Assembly: GCF_009834535.1 (NCBI RefSeq)
Contig: NC_045697.1
Location: 120,220,001 to 120,284,000 of the forward strand
Source of the DNA: Camelus ferus
Taxonomy: Eukaryota
DNA length: 64,000 nucleotides
Reading direction: 5' to 3'
Part shown: in pieces, positions 25,189-39,800 of the stretch
How the letters are laid out: every line of letters begins with the position of its first letter
Numbering within the stretch: position 1 is the stretch's first letter
Notes under the pieces: generated by a model
What the model was told of the DNA's origin: nothing
The model's input: the letters and a program-made list of their open reading frames with translations, nothing else
Databases searched by the model: none
Position numbers and translations under genes: made by a program

Positions 25189-28100
25189 ACTCATTGAGAC
25201 GGTAAAAGCTCCACGCATGTTTCAGTGTGTACTGGTTTTCCTAGGTTGTGGGAGGTCAGATACATCTCACTACAGCCCATGGGGAATTACTCGTACCTGC
25301 TTGGCTTTCCAGCCCATCCCCCAGTTTCCTTTGCAACCCAGTCTGAGAAAACAATCAGGAAATATAGCTAAAGTTTCTATCAGAACCCCGGTGCTGCAGT
25401 CTGTTGTAGGAACTTCAACACACACAGGATTCCCAAACACGGCTTTGCTTGGAAGGGTTTTGAAGCCCCAATCCACAAACATGGCTGGGGGCTCAAGTTT
25501 TTCCCTGTTAGGGAGAAGTCCGCTAATTAGCTCTACAGTACTTCTCGGGCACCCGCTGCTTTTTGGAATTCCAGCCCAACCTCAATGTTTCCCTTGCAGC
25601 AAGGCCTGGGTAAACACAGAGGGAAAAGAAGATATTGGTGCTATTTGACCCCATGCCCTGCTGACAATTGTGGAAAACTTCGAACACTAGGGATAACAGA
25701 ACATATCTCTCTGTGTGTGACGGTGTAGGAAAACACACTCCAGGCATGTTTCTGGGGGTACAGCTTTTACCAGGATTGGAGATGTCGCCTAATTAACTCC
25801 GCTTCCAATGAGGAGGCACTCTTTACTTCTTCGCTTTCCAGACCAACTCCCAGCTTTCCTTTGAATCCCGGCCTAAGGAAATACCTAGGGATGACAATAA
25901 TAGCGATTCCATTAGAACAACTTCTCTGCTGATTGTTGGAGGTACAACACACACTCAAAATTCCGGAACATGGCTTTGCTTGGTGGAGGTATGGAGACCA
26001 ACACCACAATATGACTGGGGGAACAGTTTCTCTCTGTCTGGGAGAAGTCAGCTATTTACGTCTACAGTCCATTTCTGGGCAATCCTGGCTAATTGGCTTT
26101 CCAGCCGAACCACCAGTTTCCCTCGCAGCCCGCCCAGGAACACACTCAGAGAATATAAGCTAGTGGTTCTATTGGAACACAGACACTGCTGACCGTTGTA
26201 GGAAGCTCCACACACGCAGGATAACAGAACACTTTTTTTGTGTCTGATTGAGATGGTAAAAATTCCACGCATATTTCAGGGTGTACAGGTTTTCCTAGGA
26301 TGGGAGAGGTCAGATTATTCCCATTATTGCCCATGGGGAGGTAATCTCTCCTGCTTTGATTTCCATCAAATCCTCAAGTTTCCCTTGCAACCCAGTCAGA
26401 GAAAACAGTCTGGAAATTTAGCTAAAATTTCTATTAGAACCCAGGCGCTGCTGACAGTTGTAGAAACCTCCCCATACTCAGGGTAACAGAACACATCTTT
26501 GTGTGTGAGATGGAGTAGGAATACACAGTACATGCATGTATCTGGGGTGCAGGTGTAACCAGTTTGGGAGACGTTGGCTAAGTATCTCTAAAGCCCATGG
26601 GGATGCACTCGGTTTTCTTCGATTTCCAGCCCTTCTCCCAACTTTCCCTTGCAGCCCGGGTTAGGAAAACACCCTGGGATGACAAACTAAATCATTCTAT
26701 CAGAATCAGGGCACTGCTGTATGTGTGAAGGAACCTAAAAACACTCAGGATTCCGGAACACGGATTTGCTTGGTGTGTATTGAGATTACCCACAGCTCAC
26801 TCAATCCTGGGGAGCAAGATTTTCCCTTTTAGGGCCAAGTCCGCTAATTACCTCCATAGTCCATCTCGGGGCACTCGCTGCTACTTGGATTCCCAGCCCA
26901 ACCCCCATGTTTCCCTTGCAGCCCGGCCTGGGGTAACACAGAGGGAAAAGAAGCTACTGGTGCTATTCGAACCCATGCCCTGCTGACAATTGTGGAAACC
27001 TTCGAACACTCAGGATAACAGAACATAACTTTCTGTTTGTGATGTTGTAGGAAAACATACTCCAGGCAATTTTTTGGGGATCCAGGTTTTCCCAGGTTGG
27101 GAGATGTCAGCTAGAATACTTCAGTGCCCATGGGGAGGCACTGTCTTCTTCTTCCTTTTCAAGCCCAACTCCCAGGTTTGCCTTGCAGCCCGGACAAGTT
27201 AAACACCCATGGAAGACACTTAATTGATTCTATCAGAACCCCGGCGTTGCTGTCTGTTGGAGGATCCTCCAAAGTTTCAGGATTCTGGAACACGTATTTG
27301 AGTGTGGGGAGTTGTGGAACCCCAATCCACGCAGATGGATGGGGTCACAGATTTGCCCTTGTTAGGGAGAAGTCTGCTAATTAACTCCACAGTATATCTT
27401 AGGGCACTCGCTGCTTCTTAGATTTTCAGTCTATTCCCCAGTATTCACTCACAGCACGGCCTTGTAAAACACTCAGTGATAATAAGCTAGGTATCTATTG
27501 GAACCTAGGTGCTGCAGACTATTGTAGGTACTTCCCCACACTCAGAATAACAGAACACTATTTTGAGTGTCTGATTTAGATGGGTAAACTACATCCACGC
27601 ATGTTTCAGATTGTATAGGTGTTCCTAGGTTTTGGGAGTTCGGATATTTACATCCACTCTCCATGGGGAGTCCCTTGCAGTTGCTTGGATTCCAGCCAAA
27701 CCTCCAGCGTTCCCTCGCATCCCGGCCTGTGAAAACACTCAGGGAAAAAAAGCTACAATTTCTATAAGGTCTAAAGCGCTCCTGACAGTTGTAGTACCTC
27801 CCTACACTAAGGAAAACAGAACAAAGTTTTGTGTGTGTGAGGGAGTAAGAAAACACAGAAAGGCATGTCTCTGGGGTGCAGGTGTTCGCAGGATGGTAAA
27901 TGTTGGCTAATTACCTCCACTGACTTTGGGGAATCACTCTCTTCTTCTTCGATATCCAGCCCTAATCCAAGCTTTCCCTTGCAGCCCGACCGTGGAAAAC
28001 ACCCAGGGATGACAAACTAAATCATTCTATCAGAACCAGGGCGCTGCTGTATGTTGGAGGAACCTCCAAACGCTCAGGATTCCGGAACACGGATTGCTTG

Positions 28101-30824
28101 TTGCGAAATGTGAAGCCTCACAGCACACTCATTTCTGAGGCCCAAGATTTTCCCTTTTAGGGCCAAGTCCGCTAATTACCTCAATAGTCCATTTTGGGGC
28201 ACTTGCTGCTACTTGGATTTCCAGCCCAAACCCAAACTTTCCCTCTCAGCACGGCCTGGGAAAATACACAGGGAAAATATGATATTGGTTGTAATGGAAC
28301 CCAGTCTCTACCTAAATTTGTAGGAACCTTCTCACAACTTGGATAAAAGAAGAAAAATTTGTGTGTCTGATGGAGATGGGTAAAAAACTCCAAGCATGTA
28401 TCAGGGGGCTTATGTGTTCCAAGGCTGTGGGACGACGGAAAATTACCTCAAATTCTCAACGGCAGCAACTCGCTGCTGCTTCGAATTACAGCCAAGCCCA
28501 CAGTTTACCTCGCAGCCAGGCCTGTAAAAACACTCACGGAAAAATAAATTCTGGTGCTACTAGAACCAAGGTGCTGCTGAAATTTGTAGAATACTCCCCA
28601 CACTCAGGATTTCAGAACAAATTTTGTGTGTGTGATGGTGTAGGAAAATACACTCCAGGCAAGTTTCTGGGGGTTGAGCTGTTCCCAGGTTTGGAGATGT
28701 TGCCTAATTACCTCCACTTCCATTGAGGAGGCACTCTATACTTCTTCGCTTTCCAGACCAACTCCCAGCTTTCATTTCAAGCCCGGTGTAAGAAAACACC
28801 TAGGGATGACTATATTAGTGATTCTATCAGAACACCCGCTCTGCTGCCTGTTGGAGGTACAACACACACTCAAAATTCTGGAACATGGCTTTGCTTGGTG
28901 AAGGTTTGGGGACCAACACCACAAGATGCCTGGGGGCACAGTTTCTCTCTGTCTGGGAGAAGTCCGCTAATTACCTCTACAGTCAATCACCTGACAATCA
29001 TGTCTACTTGGCTTTCCAGCCGAACCCCCAGTCTCCCTCGCAGCCCGCCCTGGAAAACACTCAGAGATTATAAGCTAGTGGTTCTACTGGAACCCAGGCA
29101 CTGCAGACCGTTGTAGGAAGCTCCGCACACGCAGGATAACAGAACACATTTTTTGTGTCTGATTGAGATGTTAAAAAGTCCACGCATGTTTCAGTGGGTA
29201 CAGCTTTTCCTAGGTTTGGGGAGGTCAGATTATTCCCATTAATGTCCATGGGGAGGTATTCGCTCCTGCTTGGATTTCCATCCCATCCCGCAGTTTCCCA
29301 TGCAACCCAGTCAGAGAAAACTGTCAGGAAATTTAGCTAAAATTTCTATTAGAACCCAGGCGCTGCTGACAGTTATAGAAAACTCCCCATACACAGTGTA
29401 CCAGAGCACTCTTTTGTGTGTGTTATGGACCAAGGAAACACAGTCCATGCATGTATCTGGGGTGCAGATTTAACCAGGTTTGGAGACGTTGGCTAAGTAT
29501 CTCCACAGCCCAAGGGGAGGCATTCTGTTTTCTCCGTTTTCCAGCCCTACTCCCAGCTTTCCCTTGCAACCCGGGTTAGGAAAACACCCAGGGATTACAA
29601 ACTAAGTGATTCTATCAGAACCCCGGCGCTGCTGTCTGTTGGAGGAACCTCCACACACACAGGATTAAGAAACACGTATTTGCTTGGGGGAATTGTGAAG
29701 CCCCACTCCACACACATGGCTGAGGGCACAAGTTTTTCCCTGTTAGGTAGAAGTCCGCTAATTACCTCTACAGAACATCGTTGGGAACTCACTGCTTCTT
29801 GGATTTCCATCCCAACCCCCAGTTTTCCCTTGCAGCCCGGCCTGGGGAAACAAAAATGGAAAAGAATCTATAGGTTCTAATAGTACACATGCGCTGCTTA
29901 CAATTGTGGAAAATTTCGAACAATCATTATAAGAGAGCACATCTTTCTGTGTGTGATGGAGTAGTAAAACACAATCCAGGCATTTTTTGGGGATCCAGTT
30001 TTTCCCAGGTTGTGAGATGTCGGCTAGATTACATCACTGCCCATGGGGATGCATTGACTTCTTCATTTTCAAGCCCAACTTCCAAATTTCCCTTGCATCC
30101 CGGTCTTGGATTATAACCAGGGATGACAGTCTAAGTGATTTTATCAGAGCTACGATGCTGCTGTCTATTTTAGGAACTTCCAGAAACTTAGGATTCTGGA
30201 TCACGGCTATGCTTGGGGGTAGCTTTGGAGACCCACACCACAGAGATGGCTGGGGGCACAGGTTTTTCCCTGTTAGGGAGATGTCCGCTAATTACCTCCA
30301 CAGTCCATCTCGGGTCACTCGCTGCTACATGGCTTTCCAGCGCAAGCGCAGCATTCCCTTGCAGTCCGGCCTGGGAAAACAAACAGGGATAATAAGCCAT
30401 AGGTTCTATTGGAACCCAGGTGCTTCAGAACATTGTAGGATACTCCCCACACACAGGAAAAGAGAACACCTCTTTGTGTGTCTCATGCAGTTTGGTAAAC
30501 AAACTCCACGCGTGTTTCAGGGGGTAAAGGTTTTCCTAGTTCGTGGGAGTATGGGTAATTTCCTAAAATGCCCATGGGGAGACACTCGCTCCTGCTTGGC
30601 TTTCCAGCCCAACCACCAGATTTCCCTCTCAGCCCGGCCTGGGAAAACACTCAGGGTTAATATGCTATTGGTTGTATTGGAACCCAGTCGCTACCTACCA
30701 TTGTAGGCTCCTTCCCACACCTGGGATAACAGAAGAAATCTTTCCGTGTCTGATGGAGATGGGTAAACTAACTCCACGCATGTTTCAGGGGGAACAGTTG
30801 TTCCAAGGCTGTAGGACGTCGGGA
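25189..30824 (+). repeat. Diverged continuation of the same 24-mer monomer order
   Basis: Stays in register at +6352 (e.g. ORFs 19794/26146 and 21190/27542; cacagctcactcaatcctgggg at 20439/26791) but with many substitutions. Confidence 0.8.
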
Positions 30825-33800
30825 AATTACCTCAAACTCTCATTGGGAATAACTCGCTGCTGCTACAAATTACAACCAAGCCCACAGAATTACCTCGCAG
30901 CTAGGCATGTGAAAAAAACTCATGGAAAGAAAGACTGGTGCTATTAGAACCCAGGTGCTGCTGATATTTGTAGAATCCTCCCCACACTCAGGATAGCAGA
31001 ACACATCTTTGTGTGTGTCATGGTGTAGATAAATACACTCCAGGCATATTTCTGGGGGTACAAGCTGTTCCCAGGATTGGAGATGTAGCCTAATTAACTC
31101 CACTGCTAATGGGGAGGGAATCTATACTTCTTCGCTTTGCAGACCATCTCCAAATTTCCCTTACATCCCTGCCTAAGAAAACACCTAGTGATGACAATAT
31201 TAGTGATTCTATGAGAAACCCGGTGCTGCTGTCAGTTGGAGGCACAAAACAGACTCAAAATTCCGGAGCAAGGAATTGCTTGGGGGAGGTGTGGAGCCCC
31301 ACACCTCACAGATGCATGGGGTCACAGATTTTCCTTGTTTATGAGAAGTCTGCTAATTACCTCTAAAGTCAATCTCTGGGCACTCGATGCTACTTGGCTT
31401 TCAAGCCGAACCCACTGCTTTCCCTCGCAACCCGCCCAGGAAAATACTCAGAGATAATAAGTTAATGGTTCTATTGGAACAAAAGCACTGCAGACCGTTG
31501 TAGGAACCTCCGCACACGCAGGATAACAGAACACATTTTTTGTGTCTCATTGAGATTGTAAAAGCTCCACGCATGTTTCAGGGTGTACTGGTGTTCCTAG
31601 GTTGTGGGAGGTCAGATACATCCCACTACAGCCCATGAGGAAGTACTCACTCCTGCTTGGTTTTCCAGCCCATGCCCCAGGTTCTTTTGCAACCCACCCT
31701 GAGAAAACAATCAGGAAATGTAGCTAATTTTCTATCAGAACCCCGGTGATGCAGTCTGTTGTAGGAAATTCCACACACACAGGATTCCCAAACACGGCAT
31801 TGCTTGGAAGAATTTTGAAGCCAAAATTACCACACAAGGCTGGAGGCAGAAGTTTTTCCCTTTTAGGATCAAGTCCGATAATTACCTCCATAGTCCATCT
31901 CGGGGCACTCGTGGCTACTTGGGTTTCCAGCCCAAACACAAGATTTCCCTCGCAGCCCTGCCTGGGAAAACACAAAGGGAAAATATGTTATTGGTTGTAA
32001 TGGAACCCAGTGTCTACCTACCGTTATAGGAAACTTCCCATAGCTAGGATAAAAGAAGAAACATTTGTGTGTCTGATGGAAATGGGTAAAAAATCTCCAA
32101 GCATGTATCAGGGGGCTTAGGTGTTCTAAGGTTGTGGGACGTCGGAAAATTACCTCAAATTCTCATGGGGAATAACTCGGTGCTGCTACGAATTACAGCC
32201 AAGCCCACAGTTTTACCTCGCAGCCAGGCCTGTTAAAACACTCATGGAAAACAAAATACTGGTGCTACTAGAACCCAGACATTGCTGAAAGATGCAGAAT
32301 CCTCCCCACACTCAGGATAGCAGAACAAATTTTTGTGAGTGTGATGGTGTAGGAAAATACACTCCAGGCATGTTACTGGGGGTACAGCTGTTCCCAGGTT
32401 TCGAGATGTCGCCTAATTACCTCCACTTCCAATGGGGAGGCACTCTATACTTCTTCACTTTCCAGACTAACTCCCAGCTTTCCTTTGAAGCACGGCCTTA
32501 GAAAACAACTAGGGATGACAATATTAGTGATTCTATCAGAACCCCCGCTCTGCTGCCTGTTGGAGGTAAAACACACACTCAAAATTCCGGAAAATGGCTT
32601 TGCTTGGTGGAGGTGTGGATACCAACACCACAGGATGCCTGGGGGCACAGTTTCTGTCTGTCTGGGAGAAGCCCACTAATTACCTCTACAGTCAATTTCT
32701 GGGCAATCCTGGCTACTTGGCTTTCCAGGCGAACCCCCAGTTTCGCTCTCAGTCCGCCCTGGAAAACACTCAGTGATTATAATCTAGTGGTTCTATTGGA
32801 AACCAGCCACTGCTGACCGTTGTAGGAAGCTCCGCACACGCAGGATAACAGAACACTATTTTTGGGTCAGATTGAGATGGTAAAAACTCAACGCATGTTT
32901 CAGGGGGTACAGGTTTTCATACGTTGTCGGAGGTCAGAATATTCCCATTAATGCCCATGAGAATTAATCATTCCTACTTGGATTTCCATTCCTTCCCCCA
33001 GTTTCCCTTGCAACCCAGTCAGAGAAAACAGTCAGGAAATTTAGCTAAAGTTTCTACTAGAACCCAGGCGCTGCTGACAGTTTTAAAAACCTCCCCATAC
33101 ACAGGGTAACAGAACACTTCTTTGTGTGAGATGGAGTAGGAATACACAGTACATGCATGTATCTGTGGTGCAGGTGTAACCAGTTTGGGAGAAGTTTACT
33201 AAGTATATCCACAGCCCATGGGGATGCACTCTGTTTTCTTCGATTTCCAGCCCTACTCCCAGCTTACCCTTGCAGCCCGGGTTAGGAAAACACCCTGGGA
33301 TGACAAACTAACTCATTCTATCAGAACCAGTGCGCTGCTGTATGTGTGGAGGGACCTCCAAACACTCAGGATTCCGGAACTCGGATTTGCTTGGTGCGAA
33401 TTGTGAAGCCTCAAAGCACACTCAATCCTGGGGCCCAAGATTTTCCCTTTTAGGGCCAAGTCCGCTAATTACCTCCATAGTTCATCTCGGGGCACTCGCT
33501 GCTTCTTGGATTCCCAGCCCAACCAACATGTTTCCCTTGTAGCCCGGCCTGGTGTAACACAGAGTGAAAAGAAGCTATTGGTGCTATTGGAACTCATGCC
33601 CTGCTGAAAATTGTGGAAACCTTCGAACACTCAGGATAACAGAACATATCTTTCTGTGTGTGATGGAGTAGGAAAACACACTCCAGGCATTTTTCTGGCA
33701 ATCCAGGTTTTTCCAGTTTGGGAGATGTCTGCTATATTCCTTCAGTGCCCAAGGGGTGGCACTGTCTTCTTCTTCGTTTTCAAACCCAACTACCAGCTTT

Positions 33801-36800
33801 CCCTTGCAACCCGGACAAGTGAAACACCCATGGAAGACAAATAAGTGATTCTATCCGAACCCCGGCGTTGCTGTCTTTTAGAGGATCCTCCAAAGCTTCA
33901 GGATTCTGGAACACGTCTTTGAGTGTGGGGAGTTGTGGAACACCAATCCACGCAGATGGATTGGGTCACAGATTTGTCCCTGTTAGGGAGAAGTCCGCTA
34001 ATTATCTTCACAGTGCATCTTGGGGCACTCGCTTCTTCTTAAATTTTCATTCTTTCCCCCAGTTTTCACTCGCAACCCGGCCTTGTAAAACACTCAGTGA
34101 TAATAAGCTAGGTTTCTATTGGAACCCAGGTGCTGTAGACAATTGTAGGAACCTCCCCACACTCAGAAATACAGAACAATATTTTGAGTGTCTGATTTAG
34201 ATGGGTAAACTAAATCCACGCATGTTTCAGTTTGTATAGGTGTTCCTAGGTTGTGGGAGTTCGGATATTTACATCCACTGTCCATGGGGATTCCCTTGCC
34301 GTTGCTTGGATTCCAGCCCAACCCCCAGCGTTCCCTCGCATCCCGGCCTGTGAAAACACTCAGGGAAAATAAGCTACAGTTCCTATTAAAACTAAGGCAC
34401 TCCTGACAGTTGTAGAAACCTCCCTACACAAAAGAAAGCAGAACACAGCTTTGTGTGAGTGATGGTGTAGGAAAACACAGTAAGTCATGTTTCTGGGGTG
34501 CAGGTGTTCGCAGGATGGGAATTGTTGGCTACTTAACTCCACTGCCCATGGGGAAGCAGTCTCTTCTTCTTTGATATCCTGCCCTAATCCTAGCATTCCC
34601 TTGCAGCCAGACCGTGGAAAACACCCAGGGATGACAAACTAAATCATTCTATCAGAACCAGGGCACTGCTGTATGTTGGAGGAACCTCCAAACCCTCAGG
34701 ATTCCGGAACACTGATTTGCTTGGTGCGAATTGTGAAGCCCCAAAGCACACTCATTGCTGGGGCCCAAGATTTTCCCTTTTAGGGCCAAGTCCGCTAATT
34801 ACCTCAACAGTCCTTCTCGGGGCACTCGCTGCTACTTGGATTTCCAGCCCAAACCCAAGCTTTCCCTCACAGTCCGGCCTCGGAAAACACACAGGGAAAA
34901 TATGTTATTGATTGTAATGGAACCCAGTCTCTACCTACCGTTGTAGGAACCTTCCCATAACTAGGATAAAAGAAGAAACATTTGTGTGTCTGATGGGGAT
35001 GGGTAAACAAACTCCAAGCATGTATCAGGGTGCTTAGGTGTTCCAAGGCTGTGGGACGTCGTAAAATTACCTCAAATTCTCATGGGGAGTAACTCGTTAC
35101 TGCTACGAATTACAGCCAAACCCACAGCTTTACCTCGCAGCCAGGCCTGTGAAAACACTCACGGAAAACAAAATACTAGTGCTACTAGAACCCAGGCGCT
35201 GCTGAAACGTGTAGAATCCTCCCCACCCTAAGGATAGCAGAACAAATATTTGTTTGTTTGATGGTGTAGGAAAATACACTCCAGGAATTTTTCAGGAGTA
35301 CAGCTGTTCCCAGTTTTGGAGATATCGCCTACTTACCTCCACTTCCAATGGGGAGGCACTTGATAATTCTTCGCTTTCCAGACCAACTCCCAGCTTTCCT
35401 TTGAAGCCCGGCCTAAGGAAACACCTAGGGATGGCAATATTTTTGATTCTATGAAAACACCCGCTCTGCTGTCTGTTGGAGGTACAACACACACTCAAAA
35501 TTCCGGAACATGGCTTTGCTTGGAGGAGGTATGGAGACAAACACCACAAGATGCCTGGGGGCACAGTTACTCTCTGTTTGGGAGAATTCCGCTATTTACC
35601 TCTACAGTCAATCTCTGGGCAAACCTTGCTACTTGGCATTCCAGCCGAACCCACAGTTTCCCTCGCAGCCTGCCCTGGAAAACACTCAGAAATTATAAGC
35701 TAGTGGTTCTATTGCAACCCAGGCACTGCAGAACGTTGCAGGAAGCTCCGCACATGCAGGAAAACAGAACAATTATTTTGTGTCTGATTGAGATTCTAAA
35801 AACTCCACGCATGTTTCAGGGGGTACAGGTTTTTCCTAGGTTGTGGGAGGTCAGATAATTCCCATTAATGCCCATTTAGAGGTAACCTCTCCTGCTTGGA
35901 TTTCCATCCCATCCCCCAGTTCCCCTTGCAACCCAGTCAGAGAAAACAGTCAGGAAATTTAGCTAAAGTTTCTATTAGAACCCAGAAACTGCTGACAGTT
36001 GTAGAAACTTCCCCATACACAGGGTAATAGAACACTTCTTTGTGTGTGTGATAGAGTAGGAAAACACACTACATGCATGTTTCTGGGGTGCAGTTGTAAC
36101 CAGGATGTGAGACGTTGGCTAAGTATCTCCACAGCCCATGGGGAGGCACTCTGATTTCTTCGTTTTCCAGCCCTACTCCCAGCTTTCCCTTGCATCCCGG
36201 GTTAGGAAAACACCCAGGGATGACAAACTAAGTGATTCAATCAGAACCCCGGCCCTGCTGTCTGTTGGAGGAACCTCCACACACACAGTATTCCCAAACA
36301 CGGCTTTGCTTGGAATAATTTGAGCCCCAATACACACACATTGCTGGGGCTCAAGTTTTTCCCTGTTAGGAGGAACTCCGCTAATTAGCTCCAAAGTCCG
36401 TCTCGGGCACCCGATGCTACTTGGAATTCCAGCCAAAAACCCATGATTCCCATGTAGCCCGGCCTGGGGTAACACAGAGGGAAAAGAAGCTATTGGTGCT
36501 ATTCGAACCCATGCCCTGCTGACAGTTGTGGAATCCTTCGAACACTCAGGATAACAGAACATATCTTTCTGTGTGTGATGGAGTAGGAAAACACACTCCA
36601 GGCATTTTTATGGGGATCCATGTTTTCCCAGGTTGGTAGATGTCGGCTAGATTCCTTCACTGCCCATGGGGTGGCACTGTCTTCTTCTTCATTTTCAAGC
36701 CCAACTCCCAGCTTTCCCTTGCAGCCCGGACAAGTGAAACACCCATGGATTGCAAATAAGTGATTCTATCATAACCACGGCGTTGCTGTCTGATGGAGGA

Positions 36801-39800
36801 ACCTCCAAACCTTCAGGTTTCTGGAACACGTCTTTGAGTGTGGGGAGTTGTGGTACCCCAATCCACGCAGATGGATGGGGTCACAGATTTGTCCCTGTTA
36901 GGGAGATGTCTGCTAATTACCTCCACAGTGCAACTTGGGGCACTCGCTGCTTCTTAGATTTTCAGTCTATCCCCCAGTTTTCACTCACAGCCCGGGCTTT
37001 TAAAGCACTCACTGATAATAAGCTATGTTTCTATTGGAACCCAGGTGCTGCAGACAATTGTAGGTACCTCCACACACTCAGAATAACAGAACAATACATT
37101 GAGTGTCTGATTTAGATGGGTAAACTAAATCCATGTATGTTTCATTTTGTATAGGCATTCCTACGTTGTGGGAGTTCGGATAATTACATCCACTGTCCAT
37201 GGGGAGTCCCTTGCAGTTGCTTGGATTCCAGCCCATCCCCTAGCATTCCCTAGCATCCCGGCATTTCAGAACACTCAGGGAAAAAAGCTACAGTTTCTAT
37301 AAGAACTAAGGCGCTCCTGACAGTTGTAGAAACCTCCCTACACTAAGGAAAACAGAGCACAGCTTTGTGTGTGTGATGGAGTAGGAAAACTCAGTAAGGC
37401 ATGTCTCTGGGGTTCAGGTGTTCGCAGGTTGTGAAATGTTGGCTAATTACCTCCACTGCCCATGGGGAAATACTCTCTTCTTCTTAGATATCCAGCCCTA
37501 ATCCTAGCATTCCCTTGAAGCCCGACCATGGAAAACACCCAGGGATGACAAACTAAATCATTCTATCAGAACCAGGGTGCTGCTGTATGTTGGAGGAACT
37601 TCCTAACACTCAGGATTCCAGAACACGGATTTGCTTGGTGCGAATTGTGAAGCCCCACAGCACACTCATTGATGGGGCCCAAGATTTTCCATTTTAGGTC
37701 TAAGTCCGCTAATTACCTCCATAGACCATCTCAGGGCATTCGCATTTACTTGGATTTAAAGCCCAAACCCAAGCTTTCCCACGCAGACCGGCCTGGGAAA
37801 GCACACAGGGAAAATATGTTATTGGTTGTAATGGAACCCAGTCTCTACTTAATTTTGTAGGAAACTTCCCACAACTAGGATAAAAGAAGAAACATTTGTG
37901 TGTCTGATGGTGATGGGTTAACACACTCCAAGCATGTATCAGTGTGCTTAGGGTTTCCAAGCTGGTGGGACGTCGGAAAATTACCTCAAATTCTCATGGG
38001 GTGTAACTCGCTGCTGCTGCGAATTACAGCCAAGCCCTCAGATTTACCTGGCAGCCAGGCCTGTGAAAAAACTCATGGAAAACAAAATACTGGTGCTACT
38101 AGAACCCAGGCACTGCTGAAAATTGTAGAATATTCCGCACACTCAGGATAGCAGATCAAATTTTTGTGTGTGTGATGGTGTAGGAAAATAAACTCCAGGC
38201 ATATTTCTGGTGTTACAGCTCTTCCCAGGTTTGGAGATGTCGCCTAAATACCTCCACTTCCAATGGGGAGGCACTCTATACTTCTTCGCTTTCCAGACCA
38301 ACTCCCTGTTTTCCTTTGAAGCCCGGTCTAAGGAAACACCTTGGGATGACAATATTATTGATTTTATGAGAAATCCCACTCTGCTGCATTTTGGAGGTAC
38401 AACACACACTCAAAATTCCGGAACATGGCTTTGCTTGGAGGAGGTATGGAGACCAACACCACAAAATGCCTGGGGGCACAGTTAGTCACTGTTTGGGAGA
38501 ATTCCGCAAATTACCTCTACAGTCAAACTCTGAGCAATCCTGGCTACTTGGCTTTCCAGCCGAACCACCAGATTCCCTCGCAGCCCGCCCTGGAAAACAC
38601 TCAGAGATTATAAGCTAGTGGTTCTATTGGAACCCAGGCACTGCAGACCTTTGTAGGAAAATCCGCACACGCAGGATAACAGAACATTTTTTTTTGTGTC
38701 TCATTGAGATTCTAAAACTCCACGCATGTTTCAGGGGGTACAGGTTTTCCTAGGTTGGGGGTGGTCAGTTAATTCCCTTTAATGCCCTTGGGGATGTAAT
38801 CGCTCCTGCTTGGATTTCCATCCCATCCCCCAGATTCCCTTGCAACCCAGTCAGAGAAAACAGTCAGGAAATTTACTAAAATTTCTATTAGAACCCAGGC
38901 GCTGCTGAACGTTGTAGAAACTTCTCCATACACAGCTTAACAGAACACTACATTGTGTGTGTGATTGAGTAGGAAAACAGAGTCCATGCATGTTTCTGGG
39001 GTGCAGGTGTAAACAGGCTGTGAGACGTTGGCTAAGTATCTCCACATCCCATGGGGAGGCACTCTGTTTTTCTTCGTTTTCCAGCCCTACTCCCAGATTT
39101 CCCTTGCAGCCCATGTTGGAAAACACCCAGGGATGACAAACTAAATGATTCTATCCGAAATCAGGCGCTGCTGTCTTTTGGAGGAACCTCCACACACACA
39201 GGATTAAGAAACACGTCTTTGCTTGGGAGAATTGTGAAGCCCCAATCCACACACATGGCTGAGGTCACAAGTTTTTTCCTGTTAGGTATAAGTCCGCTAA
39301 TTACCTCTATAGACCATCATGGGGCACTCGCTGCTACTTCGATTTCCATCCCAAACCCCAGGATTCCTTTGCAGCCCGGCCTGGGGAAACACACAGTGAA
39401 AAGTATCTACTGGTGCTATTAGAACACATGCGCTGCTGAAAATTGTCGAAAACTTCGAACACTCATGATAACAGAGCACATCTTTCTGTGTGTGATGAAG
39501 TAGTAAAACCCACTCCAGGCATTTTTTTGGGGATCCAGTTTTCCCAGGTTGGTAGTTGTCAGCTAGATTCCTGCAATGCCCATGTTCATGCATTGACTTC
39601 TTCTTCGTTTTCAAGCCCAACTCCCAACTTTCCCTTACATCCCGGACTAGGATTATACCCACGGATGACAGTCTAAGTGATTTTATCAGAGCTAAGATGC
39701 TGCTGTATTATTTAGGAACTTCCAGAACTTTAGGATTCTGGATCACGTCTATGCTTGGGTATAGCTTTGGAGACCCACACCACAGAGATGGCTGGGGGCA